From an uncultured Gammaproteobacteria bacterium (GTDB taxonomy: Bacteria; Pseudomonadota; Gammaproteobacteria; Steroidobacterales; Rariloculaceae): 64,000 bases of DNA. The stretch's first letter is position 1, and each line of letters begins with the position of its first letter. The notes under the pieces are model-generated. The model did no database searches, had not been told where the DNA came from, and saw only the letters and a program-made list of their open reading frames with translations. Positions 62,509 to 64,000 of this stretch are shown piece after piece. The position numbers and the translations under genes are program-made. Location of the stretch: the NCBI GenBank assembly GCA_963748045.1, contig CAVVIC010000014.1, positions 282,897 to 346,896 of the forward strand. Reading direction: 5' to 3'.

Positions 62509-64000
62509 ACTTCGTCACCTGGTCGATCCGCAATCCCGTTCCCGTCATCGTCATGTTCGTCGGCCTGACGATCGCGGGCCTGCTCAGCTTCCCGAAGCTC
62601 GGCGTCCAGGACCGCCCGGACATCGAGTTCCCGGCCGTGATCGTCACGGTGACGTACGCCGGCGTGGCGCCCACTCAAATGGAGTCGGAGATCACGCGCA
62701 AGGTCGAAGACGCCGTCGCGACGATCGCCGGCATCGAGCAGCTGACGTCGACCGTCGACGAAGGCGCGTCCACCACGAGCATCGAGTTCCGCTTCGGCAC
62801 CGATCTCTCAGCCGCGCTGGACGACGTGCGCGACGCCATGACGCGCATCCGCTCCGATCTGCCGCCGGACGCGAACGAGCCGATCGTGTCACGCGTGAAC
62901 ACGGCCGGTGGTTCGCTCGTGACTTGGAGCGTGACGTCCGACAACATGAGCGACACCGAGCTGTCGTGGTTCGTCGATCTCGTCGTGACGCGCGAGCTCT
63001 CCTCGGTGCAGGGCATGGGCAAGATCACGCGCGTCGGCGGCGTGTCGCGCGAGATCCGCGTGGATCTCGACTCCGATCGCATGGCGTCGCTAGGCGCCAC
63101 CGCCAGCGACGTGTCGCGCCAGTTGCGCAGAATCCAGGCCGAATACCCCGGCGGCGAGGGCCGCGTCGGCGGCCTCGAGCAGACGGTTCGGACCACGGGC
63201 ATCATCACCAGCGTCTATGACCTGCGGGCGTTGCCGATCGCGCTGCCGGACGGCCGCAGCGTGCGGCTCGATACGATTGCCGACGTGCGCGACCAGGCCG
63301 GCGAGCAACGCGCGGCCGCTCTGCTCGACGGCAAGCCCGTCATCGGCTTCGAGATCGTGCGCTCCTGGGGCGCGAGCGCGCTCGACGTCGCGAAGGATTC
63401 GCGCAAGGTCGTCGCCAAGCTCGCGAAGGAATACCCGCACATCCACTTCGCCGAGGCGAGCTCGACGGTCGGCTACATCCAGACCTCGTACGACGCGTCG
63501 ATGGAGATGCTCGTCGAGGGCGCGATCCTCGCGATCCTCGTCGTGTGGTTGTTCCTGCGCGACTGGCGCGCCACGGCCGTGTCGGCCATCGCGCTGCCGC
63601 TGTCGATCATCCCGACGTTCTGGGCGATCTACGCGCTCGGCTTCACGCTGAACATTTTGACGATGCTGGCGCTGACGCTCGTCGTCGGCATCCTCGTCGA
63701 CGACGCCATCGTCGAGGTCGAGAACATCGTGCGGCACCTGCGCATGGGCAAGAAGCCGAAAGCGGCCGCCATGGACGCGGCGATCGAGATCGGTCTCGCC
63801 GTCGTCGCGACCACGCTCACGATCTGCGCGGTGTTCATCCCGGTCGCGTTCATGAGCGGCATCGCGGGCCAGTTCTTCCGGCCGTTCGGTTTCACGGTGA
63901 CGGTGGCCGTGCTGTTCTCGCTGCTCGTCGCGCGGACGCTGACGCCGATGATGGCCGCGTACATGCTGAAGCCGCACGAGGAACGCGCCTCGAAGCGCAA
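62505..64000 (+). CDS. RND efflux permease (AcrB/HAE-type), 5' part; runs off the right edge
   Basis: A hand-read ATG at 62505 overlaps the fusion-protein stop (ATGA). Supporting segments: MNFVTWSIRNPVPVIVMFVGLTIAGLLSFPKLGVQDRPDIEFP.. and ..LVVGILVDDAIVEVENIVRH... The frame is open to base 64000, so the gene is absent from the ORF track. Confidence 0.9.
   Translation, partial: MNFVTWSIRNPVPVIVMFVGLTIAGLLSFPKLGVQDRPDIEFPAVIVTVTYAGVAPTQMESEITRKVEDAVATIAGIEQLTSTVDEGASTTSIEFRFGTDLSAALDDVRDAMTRIRSDLPPDANEPIVSRVNTAGGSLVTWSVTSDNMSDTELSWFVDLVVTRELSSVQGMGKITRVGGVSREIRVDLDSDRMASLGATASDVSRQLRRIQAEYPGGEGRVGGLEQTVRTTGIITSVYDLRALPIALPDGRSVRLDTIADVRDQAGEQRAAALLDGKPVIGFEIVRSWGASALDVAKDSRKVVAKLAKEYPHIHFAEASSTVGYIQTSYDASMEMLVEGAILAILVVWLFLRDWRATAVSAIALPLSIIPTFWAIYALGFTLNILTMLALTLVVGILVDDAIVEVENIVRHLRMGKKPKAAAMDAAIEIGLAVVATTLTICAVFIPVAFMSGIAGQFFRPFGFTVTVAVLFSLLVARTLTPMMAAYMLKPHEERASKR

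Overview
This is a very GC-rich proteobacterial chromosomal segment with about 65 protein genes. I recognised no rRNA, tRNA, CRISPR array, transposase or integrase. Contents, left to right:
- a czcCBA-like heavy-metal RND operon
- a PhoX/DUF839-like secreted protein
- a MerR/TipAS regulator, murI and a GGDEF cyclase
- a TonB-dependent receptor and a single-chain triple-RidA protein
- trxC and a tannase-family esterase
- a large divergent orphan catabolic cluster at 17.3-28.5 kb (two amidohydrolases, HpcH aldolase, SnoaL, BKACE, bicupin, TfdA-like dioxygenase, ThDP enzyme, two MFS transporters)
- tandem secreted paralogs with a DUF6152 gene, then redox enzymes and gltX
- a multicopper oxidase, an NfeD/SPFH pair, AlkD, FkbM, an orphan ParA and ygiQ
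- tatA and secF, an Lrp-family regulator divergent from leuA, an amidase, an aminotransferase and trkH
- a MarR-controlled RND pump that runs off the right edge

The dominant feature is that roughly half of the genes are interrupted by reading-frame changes, and these occur in patches. There is also one in-frame stop codon and several truncated gene stubs. This is either real gene decay or patchy consensus error, and every product call should be read with that in mind.

The most unexplained DNA is a ~750 nt non-coding tract upstream of tatA. I found no clearly novel multi-gene system such as a defence or toxin system. The findings below are ranked honestly. The ORF track omits ORFs that stay open to a window edge, so three such genes were read by hand.
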